Shown here: positions 39,961 through 49,415 of the stretch, one piece after another
Layout: every line of letters begins with the position of its first letter
Numbering within the stretch: position 1 is the first letter of the stretch
DNA from: Candidatus Altimarinota bacterium
GTDB taxonomy: Bacteria; Patescibacteriota; Gracilibacteria; CAIRYL01
Assembly (NCBI GenBank): GCA_965250085.1
Contig: OZ252287.1
Coordinates: 864,001-928,000 of the forward strand
DNA length: 64,000 nt
Reading direction: 5' to 3'
Position numbers and translations under genes: made by a program
The notes under the pieces: generated by a model
Databases searched by the model: none
The model's input: the letters and a program-made list of their open reading frames with translations, nothing else
What the model was told of the DNA's origin: nothing

Positions 39961-41574
39961 TTACGAAGAAATGGCTGCTTTCAGGAATGCGTTAAAAAGT
40001 GGATGTGGTCTATTGGGACGAGACTTGAACTCTGGGTGAAATTGCGATCCCAACATAAAGGGATGTGTTTTTATCTCGACTATTTCAACAAGATTTCCAT
40101 CTGGCGAATCTCCGGAGATATAAAATCCATTTTTTTGAAGAATCTCTCTGTAGTCATTATTAAATTCATATCGATGTCGATGTCGCTCTGAGATGTTTCG
40201 TTTTTTATATGCTTTATACGCCTTTGTCCCTTTTTTCAGGACACATGGCCACGCTCCAAGGCGCAATGTTCCTCCTTTTGCTTTTTGATCGCTTTGTCCA
40301 GGGAGAAAATGAATGATTTGATGCTTTGCTGTGGCGTCAAACTCTTCTGATGTTGCACCTTGAAGTCCGCACACATTCTTTGCAAACTCAATTCCCATTA
40401 TCTGTGCGCCTAAACAAAGCCCCAGATACGGGATGTTGTTTTCTCGTGCATATTTTGCCACAAGAATTTTTCCTTCGGTCCCTCTTTTTCCAAAACCTCC
40501 TGGGACGCAAATCCCATCGCATTTTTTGAGCGTTTTCCATTCTGTCTTATTCTTTTTTTCAAGTTTTTCAGTATCTATCCAGAGAATACTTGCTTTTCGC
40601 TTGTTGGCAAATGCTGCAGATTTTATCGCTTCTATAACCGAGAGATATGCATCATCTAGTTCATTATATTTTCCACAAAGTCCAATGCGTATCTCTTGTG
40701 ATGTCTTCTGAATATTGTGGAGCATTTTACGCCACTCTGTAAGCCTTGGATGTATTTGTTTCAAGTTCATTTTTTTCTCTAATACCTTCGTTATCCCATA
40801 TTCCTGCAAGCAAATGGGGACTTCGTAGATACTTTGTACTGTTTGTGCTGGGATTACCGCCTCTTCTTCTACACTACAAAATTGCGATATTTTTTGCAGT
40901 AGCTCTTTTGGAATTATGCGATCAGCTCGACAAATAATTATATCCGGCTGAATTCCTGCTTTTCTTACCTCTCGCACTGAGAGTTGAGTTGGTTTTGTTT
41001 TGAGTTCTCCAGCCGCCTCAAGGTATGGCAGCAATGTGAGATGGACAGAGATAACATTTTCTCCTCCTTTTCGCATGCGCATTTGCCTGATTGCTTCAAG
41101 GAATGGCTCTCCTTCTATATCTCCTACGGTTCCTCCTATTTCGGCAATAATAATTTCAGCATTCGCCTTTTCGGCGGCCTGTTCTACCTTTTCTTGAATT
41201 GCATCAGTAATGTGCGGCACCACTTGAATGGTTCTCCCCAAAAAATCACCCTTTCGTTCTTTTTCCAGAACTTCTGAATACACTCTTCCGGTTGTAACTG
41301 TTGAGTATCCTGCCAAGTTTTCGTCAATAAAGCGCTCGTAATGTCCGAGATCCAAGTCTGTTTCGGCTCCGTCATCTGTCACAAAAACTTCTCCGTGTTG
41401 AAAAGGTGACATTGTGCCTGGGTCAACATTTAAATAGGGGTCCAGTTTTTGAATAGATACACGAAATCCGGCCCTTTTGAGAAGCATCGCAATAGAAGCT
41501 GATGCGATTCCCTTCCCTAAGGAAGAGCATACTCCACCAGTAACAAATACATATTTTCGAAGTTTTGCAGGCAT
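39961..41574 (-). CDS. pyrG: CTP synthase
   Basis: GGVCSSLGKG, DPGTMSPFQHGEV, KTKPTQ, GLCLG, RHRHRYE, QFHPEF. Confidence 0.98.
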   Translation of the reverse strand: MPAKLRKYVFVTGGVCSSLGKGIASASIAMLLKRAGFRVSIQKLDPYLNVDPGTMSPFQHGEVFVTDDGAETDLDLGHYERFIDENLAGYSTVTTGRVYSEVLEKERKGDFLGRTIQVVPHITDAIQEKVEQAAEKANAEIIIAEIGGTVGDIEGEPFLEAIRQMRMRKGGENVISVHLTLLPYLEAAGELKTKPTQLSVREVRKAGIQPDIIICRADRIIPKELLQKISQFCSVEEEAVIPAQTVQSIYEVPICLQEYGITKVLEKKMNLKQIHPRLTEWRKMLHNIQKTSQEIRIGLCGKYNELDDAYLSVIEAIKSAAFANKRKASILWIDTEKLEKKNKTEWKTLKKCDGICVPGGFGKRGTEGKILVAKYARENNIPYLGLCLGAQIMGIEFAKNVCGLQGATSEEFDATAKHQIIHFLPGQSDQKAKGGTLRLGAWPCVLKKGTKAYKAYKKRNISERHRHRYEFNNDYREILQKNGFYISGDSPDGNLVEIVEIKTHPFMLGSQFHPEFKSRPNRPHPLFNAFLKAAISS

Positions 41575-41576
41575 TG

Positions 41577-41638
41577 AAAAAAAAAACGTCGGCCCTCGCC
41601 TGACGATCCGAGTATACGGATTTTTTGACGGAGGGCAA
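41577..41638 (-). promoter_or_regulatory. Candidate pyrG promoter with a leader terminator hairpin
   Basis: TTGCCC-16 nt-TATACT, then CGTC-A-GGC-GAGG-GCC-GACG followed by T10 just before the ATG. Confidence 0.45.
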
Positions 41639-41794
41639 GAATATTTTTTCCGTGAATCGATTTTTATTGTGTTTTTCTGCTCTTTAGAAACCTTTCCGAA
41701 ATCCTGAAAAGAACCTCTTTTTTTTTTCCAAAAACGAACCCTTTGTTCTCTTCAGAGATATTCCGATACAATGTCACTACGATTTTGGTGTGCA

Positions 41795-44158
41795 ATGCTT
41801 CTTTTTCTTGATGTAGAAACAACTGGCTTTGATCCTACTTCTTCTGAACTCCTGGAGCTTTCTGCTGTGCGCTATGATGGGGAGGGGGTTGTCGCTACAT
41901 TTGATGAGCTCATTTGTCCTTCTCCAGAAGGACCTCTAAACATTCCTCCGGTTGTTGAAAGGCTTACTGGCATCACGCCGGAGATGCTTTCAGAAGGAAA
42001 CCCATTAGAAATTGTCCGCTTTGAGTTTTTAGAAAAATTTCTTCATCCGGACGATATAATTGTTGGTCATAACATTTCGTTTGATACCGGATTTTTGCAA
42101 GAAAAAGGATTTGCTTTTTCACACGCAGAAATTGATACCTATCCACTTTCAACAATTATTTTGCCAAGCGAAGAAAGCTATTCGCTTGAAGTGCTTACTG
42201 AAAAATATAACTTGCCCCATGAAGCCGCGCATCGTGCACTAGGAGATGTTCTTGGAACGCTGGAGTTTTGGAAGTTTTTGGAATACAAATATCATGCTGA
42301 TTTTTCTAAAGAACTACAAAAAACCTATGCTGAACTTTTAGAAAAAACAAATTGGACGGGAAAGCATTTTTTTTCTCTCCTTGCGAACCCAAATCCTGAA
42401 AATTTCACAGATGCGTCTGTAAAGCGGTCTTTTCGGGAAGTACGCTCAAAAGCAAGCACCTCTAAGGAAAAAAAATTTGTTTCTGCGGTAGAATCTTTTT
42501 TTCAAAAAAAGGAATCTGCTCTTTGGGAAGTTTCTTTCTCGTTTCCTTCCGACCCTCTTTTTCTCGCAGTTGAAGCTATCTCGTCCTTTTGCAAAAAAAC
42601 AAAGGAGACGGTATATATTTCATATTCACCTGAAAGAGAAAATTTTATTTCAGATTTTTTCCATTCTCTTAAGAATACTGATGGCGTTTTCTATGAAAAG
42701 TATTTTTCCTCTACGCTCTTGCTCAATGAAAAGAAGTGGGGCGTTTTTCTTGGTCAGCAACAGTTTTCTGAAGAAGAAATTATTGTTGCGCTTAAGGTCT
42801 TGAGGGACCGCAAAAGAGGAGCGGTTTCTGCTCCCAATCTCTATCGAAAGGAATGGTCTGTTTGGCGCCAAATTGCTCAGGGGCAAGTGGGAGAGGGCGG
42901 TCAAGATGCGCTTTTAGAAAAAAAGAAAGCAGGGCGGGTCGTGTTTGTTCCAGAGCGTCATCTCTCCGAAATACAAGGTGAATATCTTTTTCTCGATGGA
43001 GCCGAAGACTTGGAAGACATTCTTACTTCTTTTGCTACGCAAAGTGGCTCTTCTTTGCGTGTTCGTTCTTTTTCTAAACAGGCATCTGTTTCGCTTCAAG
43101 AGGATATTTCGTTTTTCTTTGATCTCTTTGGGGCTTTTTTGAGAAAAATTGTTGGCGAGCACTCGTACCCACTTGATATCCCTTTTGATGCTTCTCTTTC
43201 TTCAAGCACTGAATGGGTCCAATTTTCTCGGCGCCTTCAAGAGCTCGTGAAAAAGAGCAAGAAAGAGCTGGGCTCCTTTCCTTTCCTCTTTTTGCAATTA
43301 TCTCTCTGGTTCGAATTTTTTTCTTCTCCTGCAAAAGAAAATGTTCTTTTGTTTTTTCGTCTCTTTCCAAATGATGAAATCGAGTGGCGAGAGAGTCCGA
43401 CCCTCTTGAGTTCTTCATGCGCAGATCTTTCTAAAAAATTTCCGTCTCTTCTTGCCCTTGGAAGTCATTTTTCTAAAAAAGAAGATGGTGCGTGGGTTTT
43501 TCCTTTTGAGCTTCCCCCAAAATTTTCACAAGAGAAAATATCTCTTGTTCAGGAGATGGTGCCTTTTCAATTTTTTTCGTTTTCCGATGTTTCTCCAAGT
43601 CAAAATACTCCTCGTGCTTCTCTTGAATACTTAAAAAAATTAATTGCTTCTTCTTCAGGAAATGTCCTTGCTCATTTTTCTTCTCAAAAAAATGCCGAAC
43701 ACGCTGAAGAGTTTCTGTTTTCTGTGTTTCCCGATTCCCATTTTGATATCGTAAGCCACAGAAAGGGCGGTTTGGGAAAGATTCTTCACTTCTTACAAAA
43801 ACCGGGACGGAAAATATTTTTAACAACAACCCCTCTTTTGCAGCGCATACAAAAGTCCTTTTCTCTCTTTCCCAGTTTTAATATCTTCTTTTTTCAAAAG
43901 TTCTTATTTGATCCACCACAAAAAACTCTTTTTGCAGCGCGGAAAAAATTTTTTTCTAATGAATTTCTTGATTTTGTGCTTCCCAGAAGCCTTGGTCGGT
44001 TTGAGACCGAACTTTTTCGTTTGAACGAAATGCAATCCATCCCCTATTCTTTTTATTGTTTTGATGCTCGGATTAATGATTCAAGTGGCTTTGGTGGAAA
44101 TTTTGCAAAAATGTCTTCAGATATTTCGCTGAATCAAATTTCTCTTGATAAACTATGA
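41795..44158 (+). CDS. DEDDh 3'-5' exonuclease fused to a degenerate DinG-like helicase region
   Basis: DVETTG, VGHNISFD, HRALGD intact; DinG-like remnants (DGAEDLE, AHFSS, KFLFDPP, FDARI) without a Walker A. Confidence 0.75.
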   Translation: MLLFLDVETTGFDPTSSELLELSAVRYDGEGVVATFDELICPSPEGPLNIPPVVERLTGITPEMLSEGNPLEIVRFEFLEKFLHPDDIIVGHNISFDTGFLQEKGFAFSHAEIDTYPLSTIILPSEESYSLEVLTEKYNLPHEAAHRALGDVLGTLEFWKFLEYKYHADFSKELQKTYAELLEKTNWTGKHFFSLLANPNPENFTDASVKRSFREVRSKASTSKEKKFVSAVESFFQKKESALWEVSFSFPSDPLFLAVEAISSFCKKTKETVYISYSPERENFISDFFHSLKNTDGVFYEKYFSSTLLLNEKKWGVFLGQQQFSEEEIIVALKVLRDRKRGAVSAPNLYRKEWSVWRQIAQGQVGEGGQDALLEKKKAGRVVFVPERHLSEIQGEYLFLDGAEDLEDILTSFATQSGSSLRVRSFSKQASVSLQEDISFFFDLFGAFLRKIVGEHSYPLDIPFDASLSSSTEWVQFSRRLQELVKKSKKELGSFPFLFLQLSLWFEFFSSPAKENVLLFFRLFPNDEIEWRESPTLLSSSCADLSKKFPSLLALGSHFSKKEDGAWVFPFELPPKFSQEKISLVQEMVPFQFFSFSDVSPSQNTPRASLEYLKKLIASSSGNVLAHFSSQKNAEHAEEFLFSVFPDSHFDIVSHRKGGLGKILHFLQKPGRKIFLTTTPLLQRIQKSFSLFPSFNIFFFQKFLFDPPQKTLFAARKKFFSNEFLDFVLPRSLGRFETELFRLNEMQSIPYSFYCFDARINDSSGFGGNFAKMSSDISLNQISLDKL

Positions 44159-44170
44159 ATGGAATTTTGC

Positions 44171-44199
44171 TTGATTTATTCTTTAAAATAATTTATAAT
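44171..44199 (+). promoter_or_regulatory. Sigma70-type promoter
   Basis: TTGATT-17 nt-TATAAT upstream of 44234. Confidence 0.55.
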
Positions 44200-44233
44200 A
44201 GTTCGATATTTCGTTCTTTTTATCTTTTTTCAA

Positions 44234-45526
44234 ATGAAAACAAATATACACTTTTCACCTGTTCTCATTGCCATTGCAAGCATTGTCGTGCTTCTAATAA
44301 TGGCCTGTGCTCCTTTTTCTTCTCAGGCAGCAAATTCGGATTTGCTTGTGCAAGACGTGGTGGCGGCTCCCTACAATGCCAGTGCCTTTATTTCATGGTC
44401 AGAGCTTTCCGGTGAGTTTGGAGAACCAGTCGTATCCTATGAAGTTTTTTATGGCCTCTCTTCTGTAGAAGAAGGGCTTGTTGAAAGTTACGACGATATG
44501 GCGTCTGTTGTTGGATCTGAAAATTCTGTAGCTCTCTCTGACCTTTCTAATGGTGTTCGGTATTTCGTTTCTGTTCAAGCAAGTTTTGAGGGTGGCGATC
44601 GAAGCGATCTTTCCAGAGAAGTGGTAGTTACTCCATCTTCTGTCTACAGCGAGCTTCCTTCGACAGAAGTTGATCCTTCTCAGGTGTCTCCAGAAGATTC
44701 TGCTATCGATAGTGAATCTCCTGTTGTGGAAGAAGCGCTTGCTCTTACAAAAAATATTATAAAAATATCCTTTTCCGAGGAGGTTTCTCTTCCTGAAATT
44801 CTTCCCGAATTAAGCTTTTCTATAACCGAAAGTGCTGACGCTTCTCTCGGTCTTTCTGTTGTAAATGCAGAGTATAAGGTCGATTATGCCGATTCTCCTG
44901 AAGAGATTGTATACAAAGATATTGTCTTTTTAACCTCTGAAGAAGACATGAATCCTGATGCGGAGTATATTGTCACCGTAAGTGCCGCTATTGCGGACCT
45001 TTCTGGTAATCCTATTGACAGTGGTGTTACTGATTTTGCTCTCTTTGCTGGGACCGATGCTGAAGAAATTCCTGTTTCAGAACTTCCTTTGGTTGCACCA
45101 GAAGCTCCTATTGAAGATTTAAAGCCAGCTGCTCCTGAAGGCGATGTCTCTGCCCCTGAAAATGTATCCGATTTTACTATTAATGCTATTGAGGGTGATG
45201 AAAATTTTCTCCTCAACTTAGAATGGAAAAAAAGCTCTTCTGATGATGTTGATCATCAAGATGTGTATAAGAGCGAGGATGATGGAAGCGCCTGGGATGA
45301 TGAAGCCGAGCTTGATGCTTTTGCTGAAAAGTACAGTACTTCTGCCAGTCCTGAAAGTGAACTCGCATACAAAGTTACTGCTACCGACGACGCTGGGAAT
45401 GAAAACGCTGGAGCTATCCAATCTGTTCGTGTTCCCGCTCTTACTGCAACGGGGGCTCCTCTTGCTCTTGTTTCTCTTGGTTCTCTTTTTGGTCTCGCTG
45501 GAATACGTCGGTTTAGAAAAAAATAA
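44234..45526 (+). CDS. Secreted acidic fibronectin-III/Ig-like surface protein with an LPXTG-like anchor
   Basis: Signal peptide; ISW...YEVFYG...LSNGVRYFVSVQA; IADLSGN; C-terminal LTATG + TM + RRFRKK. Confidence 0.75.
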   Translation: MKTNIHFSPVLIAIASIVVLLIMACAPFSSQAANSDLLVQDVVAAPYNASAFISWSELSGEFGEPVVSYEVFYGLSSVEEGLVESYDDMASVVGSENSVALSDLSNGVRYFVSVQASFEGGDRSDLSREVVVTPSSVYSELPSTEVDPSQVSPEDSAIDSESPVVEEALALTKNIIKISFSEEVSLPEILPELSFSITESADASLGLSVVNAEYKVDYADSPEEIVYKDIVFLTSEEDMNPDAEYIVTVSAAIADLSGNPIDSGVTDFALFAGTDAEEIPVSELPLVAPEAPIEDLKPAAPEGDVSAPENVSDFTINAIEGDENFLLNLEWKKSSSDDVDHQDVYKSEDDGSAWDDEAELDAFAEKYSTSASPESELAYKVTATDDAGNENAGAIQSVRVPALTATGAPLALVSLGSLFGLAGIRRFRKK

Positions 45527-45555
45527 CCCTGAAGAAAACAACATGAAAGAACGAC

Positions 45556-45590
45556 AAAAAAGACTCTTTCTCAAGAAAGAGTCTTTTTTT
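45556..45590. terminator. Bidirectional-type intrinsic terminator
   Basis: AAAAAAGACTCTTTCT-ca-AGAAAGAGTCTTTTTT. Confidence 0.8.
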
Positions 45591-45599
45591 AGATCCGCC

Positions 45600-45628
45600 T
45601 TGACGAACGAGACGATGGTTTTTAGAGT
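45600..45628 (+). promoter_or_regulatory. Sigma70-type promoter
   Basis: TTGACG-17 nt-TAGAGT upstream of the comEC-like gene. Confidence 0.45.
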
Positions 45629-45648
45629 GTAAATCCCTTTGTTTTGTA

Positions 45649-46521
45649 GTGCGCTATCAAAAGATATCATTGGCATTCTTTTTTCTCCTTTTGGGAGTTT
45701 TTCTTCTCCTTTTTCTAGAGTCGCAAAAAATGGCTGATGGAAAATTTCATGTGTATTTCTTTGATGTTCCCGTCGGGGACTCCTTTTTGATTCAGTCTCC
45801 TCACGGAAAAAATATTGTTATTGATGGGGGAATTGATAGTTCTGTTGCCTCTCGCTTGGGAGAGGTTTTTCCTTTTTGGCAAAGGACTATTGATCTTTTA
45901 GTTATCAGTCACCCCGATTTAGATCATTTGACTGGTGCATTGGCGTTAGTTCGATCACATGATGTTCGTGGCGTTCTCCTTTCCGGTGCTTTTGCGCCTC
46001 ACGCTTTTTTCCAGGATTTTTTAAAAATAGTAGAAGAAAAAAAAATTCCCATTTTTTTGGCTCATGAAAACAAGGATTTTGTATTTGATGGCCTTTTTTT
46101 TGACATTCTTTTTCCAAATTCCAGTCTGGTGGGCAAAAAAACGTTAAGTATGAATAATTCTTCTGTTGTTTTTCGCGTATCCTATGGTGAAGATTCTGTT
46201 CTTTTTACTGGAGACATTGAAAAAGAAACAGAGAAAATTTTACTTTCACAAGCTTCTTCACTTCAAAGCAGTCTTTTAAAGGTTGCCCATCATGGGAGCA
46301 GAACATCTTCTCTTTCTGAATTCCTTTCTGCCGTTTCTGCTGATCATGCTGTTATTTCCGCAGGGCGGGAAAACTCCTTTGGACATCCTCATGAAGAAGT
46401 CTTGATTCGCCTCGGGGGCATCCCTACTTTTGTGACCAAAGAACTTGGAACAATTCACGCCATTTCTGATGGTTTTGGGTTTCAATTTATAACAGCAGTG
46501 AAGCGTTCTCTATTCCTTTGA
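45649..46521 (+). CDS. ComEC/Rec2-like metallo-beta-lactamase-fold protein (stand-alone domain)
   Basis: FDVPVGDS, IDGG, SHPDLDH, NNSSVV, LFTGD, KVAHHGS, FGHP. Confidence 0.85.
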   Translation: MRYQKISLAFFFLLLGVFLLLFLESQKMADGKFHVYFFDVPVGDSFLIQSPHGKNIVIDGGIDSSVASRLGEVFPFWQRTIDLLVISHPDLDHLTGALALVRSHDVRGVLLSGAFAPHAFFQDFLKIVEEKKIPIFLAHENKDFVFDGLFFDILFPNSSLVGKKTLSMNNSSVVFRVSYGEDSVLFTGDIEKETEKILLSQASSLQSSLLKVAHHGSRTSSLSEFLSAVSADHAVISAGRENSFGHPHEEVLIRLGGIPTFVTKELGTIHAISDGFGFQFITAVKRSLFL

Positions 46522-46561
46522 TATTTTTTGTAAAAAAAGAGAAAATTTTTCCGAATACACT

Positions 46562-47866
46562 ATGTTCCAAACAATTCTTCTTTGCGCCGGCCAATCTTCT
46601 CGTATGTGGCCATTGGGTGATAAAATATTTTTTGAATACCTTGGAAAATCTCTTTTTGAGCACCAGGTCGAAAGGCTTCTTAAAACAAGCTTTGGTCAGA
46701 AAATACATATAGTTGGAAATGAAAAAAACTTTTCTCTTCTTCAGGAAACCGCTTTTTCTGCTTTTCCTTCTCAAAAAGAGCGTTTCTCCTTTTCTCTTCA
46801 GAAAGACGTATCGGAAGGCATGCTTGGTGGTGTTCTTGCTGCAAAGAGCAATGTTCAGAAGGACGTCCCCCTTTTTATTATGAGTTCTAATGATTTTGTG
46901 GAAAAGTCATACTTTCAATTTCTTCAAGACACCGTCGTTTCCTCTTCCTCCGACATTTTTATCTGTGGAAAAAAAGTGGAAACATATTTTCCTGGTGGAT
47001 ATCTTGTTCTTAATTCCAAAAATCATGTGAAAAAAATTGAAGAAAAACCCCGTCCTGAAAAAGTTCCTTCGAAATATATCAACCTTGTTCTTCATGTTTT
47101 CAAAGATCCTCAAAATCTTTTTTTGTATTTGGAAAAAGAAAGAAAAAAGAGAAGTCACTATGGATATGAGTCCGCTTTGCAAAAACTTTTTGACGATGGC
47201 GTTGTTGCGGAAGCAGTTTTTTACAAAGGTGCTTGGACGACATTAAAGTATCCCTGGCATCATTTCGACATGATGGAGACGTTTTGGAAAACCCTAAAAA
47301 ACCCGCTGATTCACCCTTCTTCACAGGTTTCAAAAAAAGCTTCTGTTGCTGGAAATGTTGTTCTTTCTGAGGGAGTGAAAGTTTTTGATTTCGCGGTTAT
47401 CACGGGTCCTTGTTTTATTGGGAAAGACACAATTGTTGGAACTCATGCACTTGTCCGCGAAAGCCATATTGGCGAGAAATGCGTCATCGGCCATGGGACG
47501 GAAGTGGCGCGGAGCTATCTTCGGTCTCATGTCTGCTTGCATCAGAATTACGTAGGTGACTCCGTTCTCGACGAGGGGGTTTGTTTTGGCGCTGGAACTC
47601 GAACTGGGAATTTTCGCCTCGATAAAAAAAATATTTCCATCCAGGTGCGAAACGAAATCATTCCGACTTCACGGAACAAGGTGGGCGTTTTTTGTGGAAA
47701 AAATGTTTCTGTTGGAATCAATTCGAGTTTCATGCCGGGTGTGAAAGTCGGAAACAACAGCTTCTTGGCTGCTGGCGCTGCTTTTTCCGAGGACATCCCC
47801 GAAGGTGTTTTTTTGAAAGGCCTTTCGTCTTTCTCGGTTAAGAAAAATAATTTTTTTCCACAGTGA
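46562..47866 (+). CDS. GlmU-like sugar-phosphate nucleotidyltransferase/acetyltransferase
   Basis: LCAGQSSRMWP, IEEKP, YPW; C-terminal hexapeptide repeats (YVGDSV, FGAGT). Confidence 0.8.
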   Translation: MFQTILLCAGQSSRMWPLGDKIFFEYLGKSLFEHQVERLLKTSFGQKIHIVGNEKNFSLLQETAFSAFPSQKERFSFSLQKDVSEGMLGGVLAAKSNVQKDVPLFIMSSNDFVEKSYFQFLQDTVVSSSSDIFICGKKVETYFPGGYLVLNSKNHVKKIEEKPRPEKVPSKYINLVLHVFKDPQNLFLYLEKERKKRSHYGYESALQKLFDDGVVAEAVFYKGAWTTLKYPWHHFDMMETFWKTLKNPLIHPSSQVSKKASVAGNVVLSEGVKVFDFAVITGPCFIGKDTIVGTHALVRESHIGEKCVIGHGTEVARSYLRSHVCLHQNYVGDSVLDEGVCFGAGTRTGNFRLDKKNISIQVRNEIIPTSRNKVGVFCGKNVSVGINSSFMPGVKVGNNSFLAAGAAFSEDIPEGVFLKGLSSFSVKKNNFFPQ

Positions 47867-48171
47867 TCGCTTTTTTTATTCTTCTTTTCGCGACTGGAAT
47901 GGGAGGTTTCTCGCTTGTTTCTTTTTTCCCAAAAAATCATAAATTCGCCCTTCTTCCCTTGGAATGGCCCTTTCTTTTTCGAAGCGCAGGTCAAAAAAAA
48001 CACCATCCTTTCGTTCTTTTTTTGTGTTCGGGCCCCTGTTTCTCTTTTACATGACCCTTTTTTCGGGAGGTATGTTTGCTATAAAATATTTTCAATATTT
48101 TCCAATCCTCCATATTATTAATTTTTATTAAATTCTTTTATATATTTCTTAATAAGAAAGGGTTTTCCTGT

Positions 48172-48200
48172 TTGCAATTTTCTAAAAGAAAAAGTACTCT
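48172..48200 (+). promoter_or_regulatory. Candidate dnaN promoter
   Basis: TTGCAA-17 nt-TACTCT after an AT-rich tract. Confidence 0.45.
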
Positions 48201-48226
48201 ACGTATGCCTTCTTTCTCCCGAAAAA

Positions 48227-49330
48227 ATGAAGCTCTCTTGTGAGCAAAAGGATTTACAAAGCGCCCTTTCTCTTGTACAAAAAGCAATAAACCCCCAAAA
48301 CACACTCCCTATATTAGGGAATGTCCTTTTAAAAGCGGAAGGTCAAAAACTCTACCTTTCAGCGACGAACCTGGAAACAGCCATCACAACGTCTTTTTCC
48401 GCTGCCGTCGAAAACGAAGGGGAGATAACAGTTCCTGCCAAGATTTTCTCGAGCTACGTAGGATTTTTGCCGAACGAAAAAATCGCGCTGACCCTCCTCG
48501 ACGGAGAGACTGTTTCTCTCGAAACGAAGAACTCAAAAACGAAAATAAAAGGAATTTCCTCAGAAGAATTTCCCGCAATCCCCTCCGTGGAAAAGGAGGT
48601 GAAATTTTCTCTTCCTCGGGAGGAGCTGAAAAAAGCGATAGACCAGGTGGCGTTTTGTTGTGCGACGTCAACAACAAGGCCCGTCCTTTCGGGCGTGTAT
48701 TTTTGGGGGAGGGAAAAAGACCTGAGACTCGTCGCGACGGATTCATACAGGCTGGGGGAAAAAAAGATGGTTCTTTCGAAGCCGCTTGAAAAAGAACTCA
48801 AGAGCATCGTTCCTTCGCGTGCAATGCAGGAGCTCGAAAAAATACTCGCTTCCTCTGAGGAAAAAACCGCGGAAATCACTTTCTCTGAAAACCAAATTTT
48901 GTGCGAAATAGGGAAAACGCGGCTCATATCCCGCCTTATAGAGGGGAAATTCCCCGAGTACTCGCAAATTATTCCCAAAACATCAAAAACGGGAGCAGAA
49001 TGCGCGGTGGAGGAACTCGTGTTAGGAACAAAAAGAGTCGGTCTTTTTGCGCGAGAAAACAACAACAACGTGCGACTCTCTTTTACCCCAAAAGGGATAG
49101 GGATTACGACAGATGCAACGGAAATAGGGACAGAAGAGTCGCAAATGGACGCAGTGGTGCAAGGCGAAGAATGCTCAATCGCGCTCAATGGGCAATATTT
49201 TTTGGATATTTTGCAATGCCTAGAAGGAGAAAAAGCACAAATAGAAGTGGAAGGAAAACTTTCGCCAGTCGTAGTAAAACCGAAAGACACAAAAGGCTTT
49301 GTTCATGTAATAATGCCGCTCAAAGCCTAA
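48227..49330 (+). CDS. dnaN: DNA polymerase III beta sliding clamp
   Basis: LPILGNV, ATNLE, RPVLSGV, VATDSYRL, SRLIEGKFPEY, VIMPL. Confidence 0.97.
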   Translation: MKLSCEQKDLQSALSLVQKAINPQNTLPILGNVLLKAEGQKLYLSATNLETAITTSFSAAVENEGEITVPAKIFSSYVGFLPNEKIALTLLDGETVSLETKNSKTKIKGISSEEFPAIPSVEKEVKFSLPREELKKAIDQVAFCCATSTTRPVLSGVYFWGREKDLRLVATDSYRLGEKKMVLSKPLEKELKSIVPSRAMQELEKILASSEEKTAEITFSENQILCEIGKTRLISRLIEGKFPEYSQIIPKTSKTGAECAVEELVLGTKRVGLFARENNNNVRLSFTPKGIGITTDATEIGTEESQMDAVVQGEECSIALNGQYFLDILQCLEGEKAQIEVEGKLSPVVVKPKDTKGFVHVIMPLKA

Positions 49331-49415
49331 GGAAAAAAGAGCCAAAAAACCGCGCACTTTTATTTCTCTTTTTGGAGAAAAAGAGAAGAAAAATATTTTT
49401 ATTTTGAATATTTTT

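Noticed and set aside
47863-48121. Small ORFs between the GlmU-like gene and dnaN
   Set aside because: Phe-rich products are explained by the T-rich composition; more likely non-coding sequence near the candidate origin.
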